From the human T2T-CHM13v2.0 reference genome, Homo sapiens: 64,000 nt of DNA. This document shows, piece after piece, positions 12,101-27,240 of the stretch. The stretch is from NCBI RefSeq assembly GCF_009914755.1, contig NC_060928.1. One strand, given 5' to 3'. The notes beneath the pieces were generated by a model. It was not told where the DNA came from, did not search any database, and saw only the letters and a list, made by a program, of their open reading frames with translations. How positions within the stretch are numbered: the stretch's first letter is position 1; each line of letters opens with the position of its first letter. A program made the position numbers and the translations under genes.

Positions 12101-15100
12101 TATTTTATGAACAGTATATAATACACATTTTGTGTACTTTGATATTTTATGTACAGTATATAATACATACTTTGGGTACTTTGATATTTTATGTACAGTA
12201 TATAATACATACTTTGGGTACTTTGATATTTTATGTACAGTATACAATATATAGTTTGAGTACTTTGATATTTTATGTACTGTATAAAATATATAGTTTT
12301 GGTACTTTGATATTTTATGTACAGTATATAGTTTGAGTACTTTGATATTTTATGTACAGTTTGTTATAAATATTTGGGTGCTTTCATATTTTATGTACTG
12401 TATATAATACATGCTTTAGGCACTTTGATATTTTATGTACAGTATATAATACATACTTTGGGTACTCTGATATTTTATGTACAGTGTATAATACATACTT
12501 TGGGTACTTTGATATTTTATGTACAGTATATAATGCATACATTGGGTACTTTGATATATTATGTACAGTATATAATACTTACTTGGGGTACTTTGATATT
12601 TTATGTACAGTATATAATACATAGCTTGTGTACTTTGATATTTTATGTACAGTATATAATACATACTATTGGTACTTTGATATTTTATGTACAGTATACA
12701 ATATATTGTTTGAGTACTTTGATATTTTATGTCCAGTATAAAATATATAGATTTCGTACTTTGATATTTTATGTACAGAATATAGTTTGAATACTTTGAT
12801 ATTTTATGTACACTTTATTATAAAAGTTTGGGTACTTTCATATTTTACGTACAGTATGTAATACATACTTTGGGCACTTTGATGTTTTATGCACAGTATA
12901 TAATACATACTTTGGGTACTTTTATATTTTATGTACAGTATATAATACATAGTTTGGGTACTTTGATATTTAATATACAGTATAAAATGCACACTTTGCG
13001 TACTTTGATATTTTATGTAAAGTATGTAATACATACTTTGGGTAGTTTGATATTTTATGTACAGTATGTAATACACACTTTGGGTACTTTGATATTTTAT
13101 GTACAGTATGTAAAACATACTTTGGGTAGTTTGATATTTTATGATCAGTATATAATACACATTTTGGGTACTTTGATATTTTATGTACAGTGTATAATAC
13201 ATACGTTGGGTACTTTGATATTTTATGTACAGGATATAATGCATACTTTGGGTACTTTGATAGTTTATGTACAGTATATAATACTTACTTTGAGTACTTT
13301 GATATTTTATATATAGTATAAAATATATAGTTTGGGTAGTTTGATATTTTAAGTATAGTATATGATACATACTTTGGGTACTTAGATATTTTATCTACAG
13401 TGTATAATAAATACTATGGGTACTTTGATATATTATGTACAATAGATAATACATACTTTGGGTACTTTGATATTTTATGTACAGTATATAATACATACTT
13501 TGGGTACTTTGATATTTTATGTACAGTATATAATACACACATTGGGTGCTTTCATATTTCATGTACACTTTATAATATATAGTTTGGGTACTTTGGTATA
13601 TTATGTACTGTATATAATACATACTTTGAGTATTTTGATATTTTATGTACAGTATATAATACATACTTTGGGTACTTTGATATTTTATGTACAGTATACA
13701 ATATATACTTTGCATATTTTGATATTTTATGTCCAGTATAGAATATATAGTTTTGGAAGTTTGATATTTTATGTAGAGTATATAGTTTGAGTACTTTCAC
13801 ATTTTATGTACAGTTTATTATAAATGTTTGGGTGTTTTCATATTTTATGTACTGTATATGATACATACTTTGGGCACATTGATATTTTATGTACAGTATA
13901 TAATACATACTTTGGGTACTCTGATATTTTATGTACAGTATATAATACATAATTTGGGTAGTTTGATATTTTATGTACAGTATATAATACATACTTTGAG
14001 TGCTTTGATATATTATGTACAGTATATAATACATACTTTGTGTACTTTGATATTTTATGTACAGTATACAATATATACTTTGACTACTTTGATATTTTAT
14101 GTCCAGTATAGAATACATAGTTTTGGTAGTTTGATATTTTATGTACAGTATATAGTTTGAGTACATTGATATTTTATGTACACTTTATTATAAATGTTTG
14201 GATACTTTCATATTTTATGTACAGTATATAATACATACTTTGGGCACTTTGATATTTTATGTACAGTATACAATACATACTTTGGGTACTTTGATATTTT
14301 ATGTACAGTATATAATACATAATTTGGGTACTTTGATATTTTATGTACAGTATATAATGCATACTTTGGGTACTTTGATGTTTTATGTACAGTATATAAT
14401 ACATACTTAGGGTACTTTGACATTTTATGTGCAGTATATAATACATACATTGGGAACTTTGATATTTTATGTACAGTATGTAGAACATACTTTGGGTACT
14501 TTGATATTTTATGTACAGGATATAATGCATACTTTGGGTACTTTGATAGTTTATGTACAGTATATAATACATACTTTGGGTACTTTGATATTTTATGTAT
14601 AGTATAAAATATATAGTTTGGGTAGTTTGATATTTTATGTACAGTATGTAAAACATACTTTGGGGAGTTTGATATTTTATGTACAGTATGTAAAACATAC
14701 TTTGGGGAGTTTGATATTTTATGAACAGTATATAATACACGTTTTGTGTATTTTGATATTTTATGTACAGTATATAATACATACTTTGGGTACTTTGATA
14801 TTTTATGTACAGTATATATTACATACTTTGGGTACTTTGATATTTTATGTACAGTATACAATATATAGTTTGAGTACTTTGATATTTTATGTACAGTATA
14901 TAATACATACTTTGGGTACTCTGATATTTTATGTACAGTGTATAATACATACTTTGGGTACTTTGATATTTTATGTACAGTATATAATACATACATTGGG
15001 TACTTTGATATATTATGTACAGTATATAATACTTACTTGGGGTACTTTGATATTTTATGTACAGTATATAATACATAGTTTGTGTACTTTGATATTTTAT

Positions 15101-18100
15101 GTACAGTATATAATACATACTTTGGGTACTTTGATATTTTATGTACAGTATATAATACATACTTTGGGTATCTTGACATTTTATGTACAGTATATAATGC
15201 ATACTTTGTGTACTTTGATATTTTATGTACAGTATATAATGCATACTTTGGGTACTTTGATATTTTATGTACAGTATGTAATACATACTTTGGGTACTTT
15301 GATATTTTATGTATAGTATATAATACATACTTTGTGTAGTTTGATATTTTATGTACAGTATACAATATATAGTTTGAGTACTTTGTTATTTTATGTCCAG
15401 TATAAAATATATAGTTTTCGTAATTGATATTTTATGTACAGAATATAGTTTGAGTACTTTGATATTTTATGTACACTTTATTATAAATGTTTGGGTACTT
15501 TCATATTTTATGTACAGTATATAATACATACATTGGTCTCTTTGATGTTTTATGTACAGTATATAATACATACTTTGGGTTCTTTGATATTTTATGTACA
15601 GAATATAATGCATAGTATTAGGTACTTTTATATTTTATGTACAGTATATAATACATACTTTGGGTACTTTGATATTTTATGTACAGTATATAATACATAC
15701 TTTGGGAACTTTGATATTTTATGTATGGTATGTAATACATAATTTGGGTACTTTGATATTTTATGTACAGTATATAATACATACTATTGGTACTTTGATA
15801 TTTTATGTACAGTATACAATATATAGTTTGAGTACTTTGATATTTTATGTCCAGTATAAAATATATAGATTTCATACTTTGATATTTTATTTACTGAATG
15901 TAGTTTGAGTACTTTGATATTTTATGTACACTTTATTATAAAAGTTTGGGTACTTTCATATTTTACGTACAGTATATAATACATACTTTGGGCACTTTGA
16001 TGTTTTATGTACAGTATATAATACATACTTTGGGTTCTTTGATATTTTATGTACAGCATATAATACATAATTTGGGGACTTTTATATTTTATATACTTTA
16101 TATTATACATACTTTGGGTACTTTTATATTTTATGTACGGTATATAATACATACTTTGGGTACTTTGATATATTATGTACAGTATATAATACATACTTTG
16201 GGTACTTTGATATATTATGTACAGTATATAATACATACAAAGGGTACTTTGACATTTTATGTACAGTACATAATACATACTTTGGGTACTTTGATATTTT
16301 ATGTACAGTATATAATGCATACTTTGGATACTTTGATATTTTATGTACAGTATATAATACATACTTTGGGTACTTTGATATTTTATGTACAGTATGTAAT
16401 ACATAATTTGGGTAATTGAATATTTTATGTGTAGTATATAATACATACTTTGGGTACTTTGATATTTTATGGACAGTGTATAATACATACTTTGGGTACT
16501 CTGATATTTTATGTACAGTGTATAATATATAGTTTGGGTACTTTGATATTTTATATACAGTATATAATACATACTTTGGGTACTTTGATATTTTATGTAC
16601 AGTATATAATACATACCTTGGGTACTTTGATATTTTATGTATAGTATATAATACATAATTTGGGTACTTTGATATTTTATGCACAGTATACAATATATAG
16701 TTTGAGTACTTTGATATTTTATGTACTCTATAAAGTATATAGTTTTGGTACTTTGATATTTTATGTACAGTATATAGTTTGAGTACTTTGATATTTTATG
16801 TACAGTTTGTTAAAAATGTTTGGGTGATTTTATATTTTATGTACAGTATATAATACATACTTTGGGCACTTTGATATCTTATGTACAGTATATAATACAT
16901 ACTTTGGGTACTTTTATATTTTATGTACAGTATATAATATATAGTTTGAGTACTTTGATATTTTATGTACTGTATAAAATATATAGTTTTCGTAATTTGA
17001 TATTTTATGTACAGTATATAGTTTGAGTACTTTGATATTTTATGTACAGTTTTTTATAAATGTTTGGGTGCTTTCATATTTTATGTACAGTATATAATAC
17101 ATACAAAGGGCAGTTTGATATTTTATGTCCAGTATATAATACATACTTTGGGTACTTTGATATTTTATGTACAGTATATAGTTTGAGTACTTTGATATTT
17201 AATGTTCAGTTTATTATAAATGTTTGGGTGCTTTCATATTTTATATACAGTATATAATACATACTTTGGGCACTTTGATATTTTCTGTACAGTATATAAT
17301 ACATACTTTGGGTACTTTGATATTTTATGTACGGTATATAATACATACATTGGGTACTTTGATATTTTATGTAAAGTATATAATATATAGTTTGGTTACT
17401 TTGATATTTTATATACAGTATAAAATATATATTATGTGTACTTTGATATATTATGTACAGTATATAATATATAGTATGGGTTGTTTGATATTTTATGTAC
17501 AGTATATAATATATAGTTTGGGTAGTTTGATATTTTTAGTACAATATGTAAAATATAGTTTGTTTTATTTGATATTTTATGTACAGTATACAATATATAG
17601 TATTGGTACTTTGATATTTCATGTAAAGTATATAGTTTGAGTACTTTGATATTTTATATGCAGTTTATTATAAATGTTTGGGTACCTTCATATTTTATGT
17701 ACAGTATATAATACATACTTTGGGAACTTTTATTTTATGTGCAGTATATAATACATACTTTGGGTACTTTGATATTTCATGTACAGTATATAATACACAC
17801 TTTGGGTACTTTGATATTTTATGTACAGTATATAATACACACTTTGGGTACTTTGATATTTTATGTACAGTATATAATACATACTTTGGGTACTTTGATG
17901 TATTATGTACAGTATATAATACATACTTTGGGTACTTTGATATTTTATGTACAGTATATAATACATACTTTGGGTACTTTGATATTTTATGTACAGTATG
18001 TAATACACACTTTGGGTACTTTGATATTTTATGTACAGTATGTAAAACATACTTTGGGTAGTTTGATATATTATGTACAGTATATAATACATACTTTGGG

Positions 18101-19308
18101 TACTCTGATATTTTATGTACAGTGTATAATACATACTTTGGGTACTTTGATATTTTATGTACAGTATATAATACATACATTGGGTACTTTGATATATTAT
18201 GTACAGTATATAATACTTACTTGGGGTATCTTGATATTTTATGTACAGTATATAATGCATACTTTGGGTACTTTGATATTTTATGTACAGTATATAATGC
18301 ATACTTTGAGTACTTTGATATTTTATGTACAGTATGTAATACATACTTTGGGTACTTTGATATTTTATGTATAGTATATAATACATACTTTGTGTAGTTT
18401 GATATTTTATGTACAGTATACAATATATAGTTTGAGTACTTTGATATTTTATGTCCAGTATAAAATATATAGTTTTCCTAATTGATATTTTATGTACAGA
18501 ATATAGTTTGAGTACTTTGATATTTTATGTACACTTTATTATAAATGTTTGGGTACTTTCATATTTTATGTACAGTATATAATACATACTTTGGTCTCTT
18601 TGATGTTTTATGTACAGTATATAATACATACTTTGGGTTCTTTGATATTTTATGTGCAGAATATAATGCATAGTTTTAGGTACTTTTATATTTTATGTAC
18701 AGTATATAATACATACTTTGGGTACTTTGATATTTTATGTACAGTATATAATACATACTTTGGGTACTTTGATATTTTATGTACAGTATATAATACATAT
18801 TATTGGTACTTTGATATTTTATGTCCAGTATAGAATATATAGTTTTGGTAGTTTGATATTTTATGTACAGTATATAGTTTGAGTACATTGATATTTTATG
18901 TACACTTTATTATAAATGTTTGGATACTTTCATATTTTATGTACAGTATATAATACATACTTTGGGCACTTTGATATTTTATGTACAGTATACAATACAT
19001 ACTTTGGGTACTTTTTTTATTTTATGTACAGTATATAATACATAATTTGGGTACTTTGATATTTTATTTACAGTATATAATGCATACTTTGGGTACTTTG
19101 ATGTTTTATGTACAGTATATAATACATACTTAGGGTACTTTGACATTTTATGTGCAGTACATAATACATACTTTGGATGCTTTGTTATTTTAAATACAGT
19201 ATGTAATACATATTTTGGGTACTTTGATATTTTATGTACAGTATATAATACATACTTTGGTACTTTTATATTTCATGTACAGTATATAATATATAGTTTG
19301 GGTACTTT
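6130..19308 (+). repeat. Large intra-array duplication, copy 1 (~13.2 kb)
   Basis: Colinear with 50901-64000. ORF-track offsets are 44771 (6284/51055, 7560/52331), 44813 (7821/52634), 44736 (8762/53498), 44695 (10668/55363 through 17678/62373) and 44692 (18549/63241). Private variants are shared: AACTGCAG, GCAGTAACCTATG, ACAAAGCGCAC, TTTGTCTACTGTG, TACTTTTTTTATTTT. Confidence 0.93.
6738..7191 (+). repeat. Unit type C (454-bp 11-mer with TTTTCTGTAC, AGTATGGGTTGTTTG, TTTTTAGTAC, TTTGTTTTATTTG)
   Basis: Near-identical 454-bp copies start at 6738, 17224, 25344, 40889, 46661, 51509 and 61919. Diverged relatives lie at 3834 (454 bp) and ~20076 (370 bp). Every copy is followed by a unit containing a 40-bp GGGAACTTTTATTTTATGTGCAG monomer. 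Confidence 0.88.
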
Positions 19309-20849
19309 GATATTTTATGTACAGTATATAATACATAGTTTGGGTATTTTGATATTTTATGTACAGTATATAATACATACTTTGGGTACTTTGATATTTT
19401 ATGTACAGTATATAATATATAGTTTGGGTACTTTGATAATTTATGTGCAGTATATAACACATACTTTCGGTAGTTGGATATTTTATGTACAGTATATAAT
19501 ACATACTTTGGGTACTTCGATATTTGATGTACAGTATACTATATATAGTTTGGGTACTTTGATATTTTATGTCGGGTACAAAATAAATAGTTTTGGTACT
19601 TAGATATTTTATGTACAGTATATAGTTTGAGTACTTTGATATTTTATGTACAGTTTATTATTAATGGGTGCTTTCATATTTTATGTACAGTATATAATAC
19701 ATACTATGGGCACTTTGATATTTTATGTAGAGTATATAATACATAATTTGGGTACTTTGATATTTTATATACACTACATAATACATACTTTGGGTACTTT
19801 GATATTTTATGTACAGTACATAATATATAGTTTGGGTACTTTGATATTGTATGTGCAGTATATAACACATACTTTCGGTACTTGGATATTTTATGTACAG
19901 TATATAATACATAATTTGGGTACTTCCATATTTTATGTACAGTATGCTATATATACTTTGGGTACTTTGATATTTTATGTCCAGTAAAAAATAAAAAGTT
20001 TTGGTAATTCGATATTTTATGTACAGTGTATCGTTTGAGTACTTTGATATTTAATGTGCAGTTTATTATAAATGTTCGGGTGCTTTCATATTTTATGTAC
20101 AGTATATAATACATACTTTGAGCACTTTGATATTTTATGTACAGTATATAATACATACTTTGGGTAATTTGATATTTTATGTACAGTATATAATACATAC
20201 ATTGGGTACTTTGATATTTTATGTACAGTATATAATATATAGTTAGGGTACTTTGATATTTTATATACAGTATATAATATATATTATGTGTACTTTGATA
20301 TATTATGTACAGTATATAATATATAGTTTGGGTAATTTGATATTTTATGTACAGTATACAATATATAGTATTGGTACTTTGATATTTCATGTAAAGTATA
20401 TAGTTTGAGTACTTTGATATTTTATATACAGTTTATTATAAATGTTTGGGTACCTTCCTATTTTATGTAGAGTATATAATACATACTTTGGGAACTTTTA
20501 TTTTATGTGCAGTATATAATACATACTTTGGGTACTTTGATATTTTATGTACAGTATATAATACATACTATTGGTACTTTGATATTTTATGTACAGTATA
20601 CAATATATAGTTTGAGTACTTTGATATTTTATGTCCAGTATAAAATATATAGATTTCATACTTTGATATTTTATGTACTGAATGTTGTTTGAGTACTTTG
20701 ATATTTTATGTACACTTTATTATAAAAGTTTGGGTACTTTCATATTTTACGTACAGTATATAATACATACTTTGGGCACTTTGATGTTTTATGTACAGTA
20801 TATAATACATACTTTGGGTTCTTTGATATTTTATGTACAGCATATAATA

Positions 20850-22900
20850 CATAATTTGGGGACTTTTATATTTTATGTACATTATATTATACATACTTTG
20901 GGTACTTTTATATTTTATGTACGGTATATAATACACACTTTCGGTACTTTGATATATTATGTACAGTATATAATACATACTTTGGGTACTTTGATATATT
21001 ATGTACAGTATATAATACATACTAAGGGTACTTTGACATTTTATGTACAGTACATAATACATACTTTGGGTACTTTGATATTTTATGTACAGTATATAAT
21101 GCATACTTTGGATACTTTGATATTTTATGTACAGTATATAATACATACTTTGGGTACTTTTATATTTTATGTACAGTATATAATATATAGTTTGGATACT
21201 TTGATATTTTATGTACGGTATATAATACATACTTTGGGTACTTTGATATTTTATGTACAGTATATAATACATACTTTGTGTACTCTGATATTTTATGTAC
21301 AGTATACAATATATAGTTTGAATACTTTGATATTTTATGTACTGTATAAAATATATAGTGTTCGTACTTTGATATTTTATGTACAATATATAGTTTGAGT
21401 ACTTTGATATTTTATGTACAGTTTTTTATAAATGTTTGGGTGCTTTCAAATTTTATGTACAGTATATAATACATACAAAGGGCACTTTGATATTTTATGT
21501 ACAGTATATAATACATACTTTGGGTACTCTGATATTTTATATACAGTGTATAATACATACTTTGGGTACTTTGATATTTTATGTACAATATATAATACAT
21601 ATGTTGGCAACTTTGATATATTATGTACAGTATATAATACATACTTTGGGTACTTTGATATTTTATCTACAGTATACAACACATAGTTTGTGTACTTTGA
21701 TATTTTAGGTACAGTATATAATACATACTTTGGGTACTTTGATATTTTATGTACAGTATATAATACATACATTGGGTACTTTCATATTTTATGTACAGTA
21801 TATAATATATAGTTTGGTTACTTTGATATTTTATCTACAGCTTATAATACATACTTTGGATACTTTGATACTTTATGTACAGTATATAATACATAATTTG
21901 GGTACTTTGTTATTTAATGTACAGTATACAATATATAGTTTGAGTACTTTGATATTTTATGTGCAGTATAAAATATATAGTTTTGGTACTTTCATATTTT
22001 ATGTACAGTATATAGTTTGAGTACTTTGATATTTTATGTACAGTTTTTTATAAATGTTTGGGTGCTTTCATATTTTATGTACAGTATATAATACATACTA
22101 AGGGCACTTTGATATTTTATGTACAGTATATAATACATACCTTGGGTACTTTGATATTTTATGTACAGTATATAATACATAGTTTGGGTATTTTGATATT
22201 TTATGTACAGTATATAATACATACTTTGGGTACTTTGATATTTTATGTACAGTATATAATACATACTTTGGGAACTTTGATATTTTATGTACACTATGTA
22301 GAACATACTTTGGGTACTTTGATATTTTATGTACAGGATATAATGCATACTTTGGGTACTTTGATAGTTTATGTACAGTATATAATACATACTTTGGGTA
22401 CTTTGATATTTTATGTATAGTATAAAATATATAGTTTGCGTACTTTGATATTTTATGTACAGTATGTAAAACATACTTTGGGGAGTTTGATATTTTATGT
22501 ACAGTATGTAAAACATACTTTGGGGAGTTTGATATTTTATGAACAGTATATAATACACATTTTGTGTACTTTGATATTTTATGTAAAGTATATAATACAT
22601 ACTTTGGGTACTTTGATATTTTATGTACAGTATATATTACATACTTTGGGTACTTTGATATTTTATGTACAGTATACATTATATAGTTTGAGTACTTTGA
22701 TATTTTATGTACTGTATAAAATATATAGTTTTGGTACTTTGATATTTTATGTACAGTATATAGTTTGAGTACTTTGATATTTTATGTACAGTTTGTTATA
22801 AATATTTTGGTGCTTTCATATTTTATGTACTGTATATAATACATGCTTTGGGCACTTTGATATTTTATGTACAGTATATAATACATACTTTGGGTACTCT
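20850..22900 (+). repeat. ~2-kb block duplicated at ~48520-50530 (offset 27669, then 27627)
   Basis: Offsets 21432/49101, 21730/49399 and 22058/49727 equal 27669; 22436/50063 equals 27627. Shared variants include TTTTAGGTACAG, TATACAACACATAG and GTACAATATATAGTTTGAG. Confidence 0.85.
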
Positions 22901-23700
22901 GATATTTTATGTTCAGTGTATAATACATACTTTGGGTACTTTGATATTTTATGTACAGTATATAATACATACATTGGGTACTTTTATATATTATGTACAG
23001 TATATAATACTTACTTGGGGTACTTTGATATTTTATGTACAGTATATAATACATAGTTTGTGTACTTTGATATTTTATGTACAGTATGTAGTACACACTT
23101 TGGGTACTTTGATATTTTATGTACAGTATATAATACATATTTTGGGTATCTTGATATTTTATGTACAGTATATAATGCATACTTTGCGTCCTTTGATATT
23201 TTATGTACAGTATATAATGCATACTTTGGGTACTTTGATATTTCATGTACAGTATGCAATACATACTTTGGGTACTTTGATATTTTATGTATAGTATATA
23301 ATACATACGTTGTGTAGTTTGATATTTTATGTACAGTATACAATATATAGTTTGAGTACTTTGTTATTTTATGTGCAGTATAAAATATATAGTTTTCGTA
23401 ATTGATATTTTATGTACACAATATAGTTTGAGTACTTTGATATTTTATGTACACTTTATTATAAATGTTTGGGTACTTTCATATTTTATGTACAGTATAT
23501 AATACATACTTTGGTCTCTTTGATGTTTTATGTACAGTATATAATACATACTTTGGGTTCTTTGATATTTTATGTACAGAATATAATGCATAGTTTTAGG
23601 TACTTTTATATTTTATGTACAGTATATAATACATACTTTGGGTACTTTGATATTTTATGTACAGTATATAATACATACTTTGGGAACTTTGATATTTTAT
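21820..23700 (+). repeat. ~1.9-kb block duplicated at ~28138-30018 (offset 6318); partial further copies at ~41800-42900 and ~49500-50520
   Basis: Offsets 22436/28754, 22848/29166 and 23469/29787 equal 6318. Offsets 22848/42047 and 23469/42668 equal 19199. Shared variants include TTTGCGTCCTTTG, ATATTTTGGTGC and GTATGTAGTACACAC. Confidence 0.87.
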
Positions 23701-24960
23701 GTACAGTATGTAATACATACTTTGGGTACTTTGATATTTTATGTACAGTATATAATACATACTATTGGTACTTTGATATTTTATGTACAGTATACAATAT
23801 ATAGTTTGAGTACTTTGATATTTTATGTCCAGTATAAAATACATAGATTTCATACTTTGATATTTTATGTACAGAATATAGTTTGAGTACTTTGATATTT
23901 TATGTACACTTTATCATAAAAGTTTGGGTACTTTCATATTTTATGTACAGTATATAATACATACTTTGGGCACTTTGATGTTTTATGTACAGTATATAAT
24001 ACATACTTTGGGTTCTTTGATATGTTATGTACAGCATATAGTACATAATTTGGGGACTTTTATATTTTATGTACATTATATAATACATACTTTGGGTACT
24101 TTTATATTTTATGTACGGTATATAATACATACTTTGGGTACTTTTATATATTATGTACAGTATATAATACATACTTTGGGTACTTTGATATATTATGTAC
24201 AGTATATAATACATACTTAGGGTACTTTGACATTTTATGTACAGTACATAATACATACTTTGGGTACTTTGATATTTTATGTACAGCATATAATACATAC
24301 TTTGGGTACTTTGATATTTTATGTACAGTATATAATACATGTTTTGGGTACTTTTACATTTTATGTACAGTATATAATATATAGTTTGGGTACTTTGATA
24401 TTTTATGAATGGTATATAATACATAATTTGGGTACTTTGATATTTTATGTACAGTATATAATACATACTTTGGGTACTTTGATAATTTATGTACAGTATA
24501 TAATACATACTTTGGGTACTTTGATATTTAATATACAGTATATAATACACACTTTGCGTACTTTGATATTTTATGTAAAGTATGTAATACATACTTTGGG
24601 TACTTTGATATTTTATGTACAGTATGTAATACACGCTTTGGGTACTTTGATATTTTATGTAGAGTATGTAAAACATACTTTGGGTAGTTTGTTATTTTAT
24701 GATCAGTATATAATACATACTTTGGGTACTTTGATATTTTATGTACAGTATATAATACATACTTTGGGTACTTTGATATTTTATGTACAGTATATAATGC
24801 ATAATTTGGGTACTTCAATAGTTTATGCACAGTATATAATACATACTTTGGGTAATTTGATATTTTATGTACAGTATATAATGCATACTTTGGGTACTTT
24901 GATAGTTTATGTACAGTATACAATACATACTTTGGGTACTTTGATATTTTATGTACAGTA
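23250..24960 (+). repeat. ~1.7-kb block repeated at ~26450-28120 (offset 3158-3200)
   Basis: Offsets 23924/27082 and 24227/27385 equal 3158; 23469/26669 equals 3200 (one monomer more). Shared variants include TTATCATAAAAG, CATATAGTAC, ACACGCTTTG and GTAGTTTGTTATT. Confidence 0.85.
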
Positions 24961-27240
24961 TATAATACATAGTTTGGTTACTTTGATATTTTTTGTACAG
25001 TATGTAAAACATACTTTGGGGAGTTTGATATTTTATGAACAGTATATAATACACATTTTGGGTACTTTGATATTTTATGTACGGTATATAATACATACTT
25101 TGGGTACTTTGATATTTTATGTACAGTATATAATTCATACTTTGTGTACTTTGATATTTTATGTACAGTATATAATACATACATTGGGTACTTCGATATT
25201 TTATGTGCAGTACCCTATATATAGTTTGGGTACTTTGATATTTTATGTCCAGTATAAAATAAATAGTTTTGGTACTTTGATATTTTATGTACAGTATATA
25301 GTTTGAGTACTTTGATATTTAATGTTCAGTTTATTATAAATGTTTGGGTGCTTTCATATTTTATATACAGTATATAATACATACTTTGGGCACTTTGATA
25401 TTTTCTGTACAGTATATAATACATACTTTGGGTACTTTGATATTTTATGTACGGTATATAATACATACATTGGGTACTTTGATATTTTATGTACAGTATA
25501 TAATATATAGTTTGGTTACTTTGATATTTTATAGACAGTATATAATATATATTATGTGTACTTTGATATATTATGTACAGTATATAATATATAGTATGGG
25601 TTGTTTGATATTTTATGTACAGTATATAATATATAGTTTGGGTAGTTTGATATTTTTAGTACAGTATGTAATATATTGTTTGTTTTATTTGATATTTTAT
25701 GTACAGTATACAATATATAGTATTGGTACTTTGATATTTCATGTAAAGTATATAGTTTGAGTACTTTGATATTTTATATGCAGTTTATTATAAATGTTTG
25801 GGTACCTTCATAATTTATGTACAGTATATAATACATACTTTGGGAACTTTTATTTTATGTGCAGTATATAATACATACTTTGGGTACTTTGATATTTCAT
25901 GTACAGTATATAATACACACTTTGGGTACTTTGATATTTTATGTACAGTATATAATACACACTTTGGGTACTTTGATATTTTATGTACAGTATATAATAC
26001 ATACTTTGGGTACTTTGATGTATTATGTACAGTATATAATACATACTTTGGGTGCTTTGATATTTTATGTACAGTATATAATACATACTTTGGGTACCTT
26101 GATATTTTATGTACAGTATGTAATACACACTTTGGGTACTTTGATATTTTATGTACAGTATGTAAAACATACTTTGGGTAGTTTGATATATTATGTACAG
26201 TATATAATACATACTTTGGGTACTCTGATATTTTATGTACAGTGTATAATACATACTTTGGGTACTTTGATATTTTATGTACAGTATATAATACATACAT
26301 TGGGTACTTTGATATATTATGTACAGTATATAATACTTACTTGGGGTATCTTGATATTTTATGTACAGTATATAATGCATACTTTGGGTACTTTGATATT
26401 TTATGTACAGTATATAATGCATACTTTGAGTACTTTGATATTTTATGTACAGTATGTAATACATACTTTGGGTACTTTGATATTTTATGTATAGTATATA
26501 ATACATACTTTGTGTAGTTTGATATTTTATGTACAGTATACAATATATAGTTTGAGTACTTTGATATTTTATGTCCAGTATAAAATATATAGTTTTCCTA
26601 ATTGATATTTTATGTACAGAATATAGTTTGAGTACTTTGATATTTTATGTACACTTTATTATAAATGTTTGGGTACTTTCATATTTTATGTACAGTATAT
26701 AATACATACTTTGGTCTCTTTGATGTTTTATGTACAGTATATAATACATACTTTGGGTTCTTTGATATTTTATGTGCAGAATATAATGCATAGTTTTAGG
26801 TACTTTTATATTTTATGTACAGTATATAATACATACTTTGGGTACTTTGATATTTTATGTACAGTATATAATACATACTTTGGGTACTTTGATATTTTAT
26901 GTACAGTATATAATACATATTATTGGTACTTTGATATTTTATGTACAGTATACAATATATAGTTTGAGTACTTTGATATTTTATGTCCAGTATAAAATAC
27001 ATAGATTTCATACTTTGATATTTTATGTACAGAATATAGTTTGAGTACTTTGATATTTTATGTACACTTTATCATAAAAGTTTGGGTACTTTCATATTTT
27101 ACGTACAGTATATAATACATACTTTGGGCACTTTGATGTTTTATGTACAGTATATAATACATACTTTGGGTTCTTTGATATGTTATGTACAGCATATAGT
27201 ACATAATTTGGGGACTTTTATATTTTATGTACATTATATA
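24200..27240 (+). repeat. ~3-kb block duplicated at ~45400-48510; its 25.3-26.9 kb part also equals 17.2-18.8 kb (offset 8120), and ~39.9-41.8 kb is a further partial copy
   Basis: Offsets are 24227/45418 = 21191, 25344/46661 = 21317 and 26669/47944 = 21275, which differ by whole monomers. Also 17678/25798 = 18549/26669 = 8120, and 40435/46207 = 40889/46661 = 5772. Confidence 0.82.
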
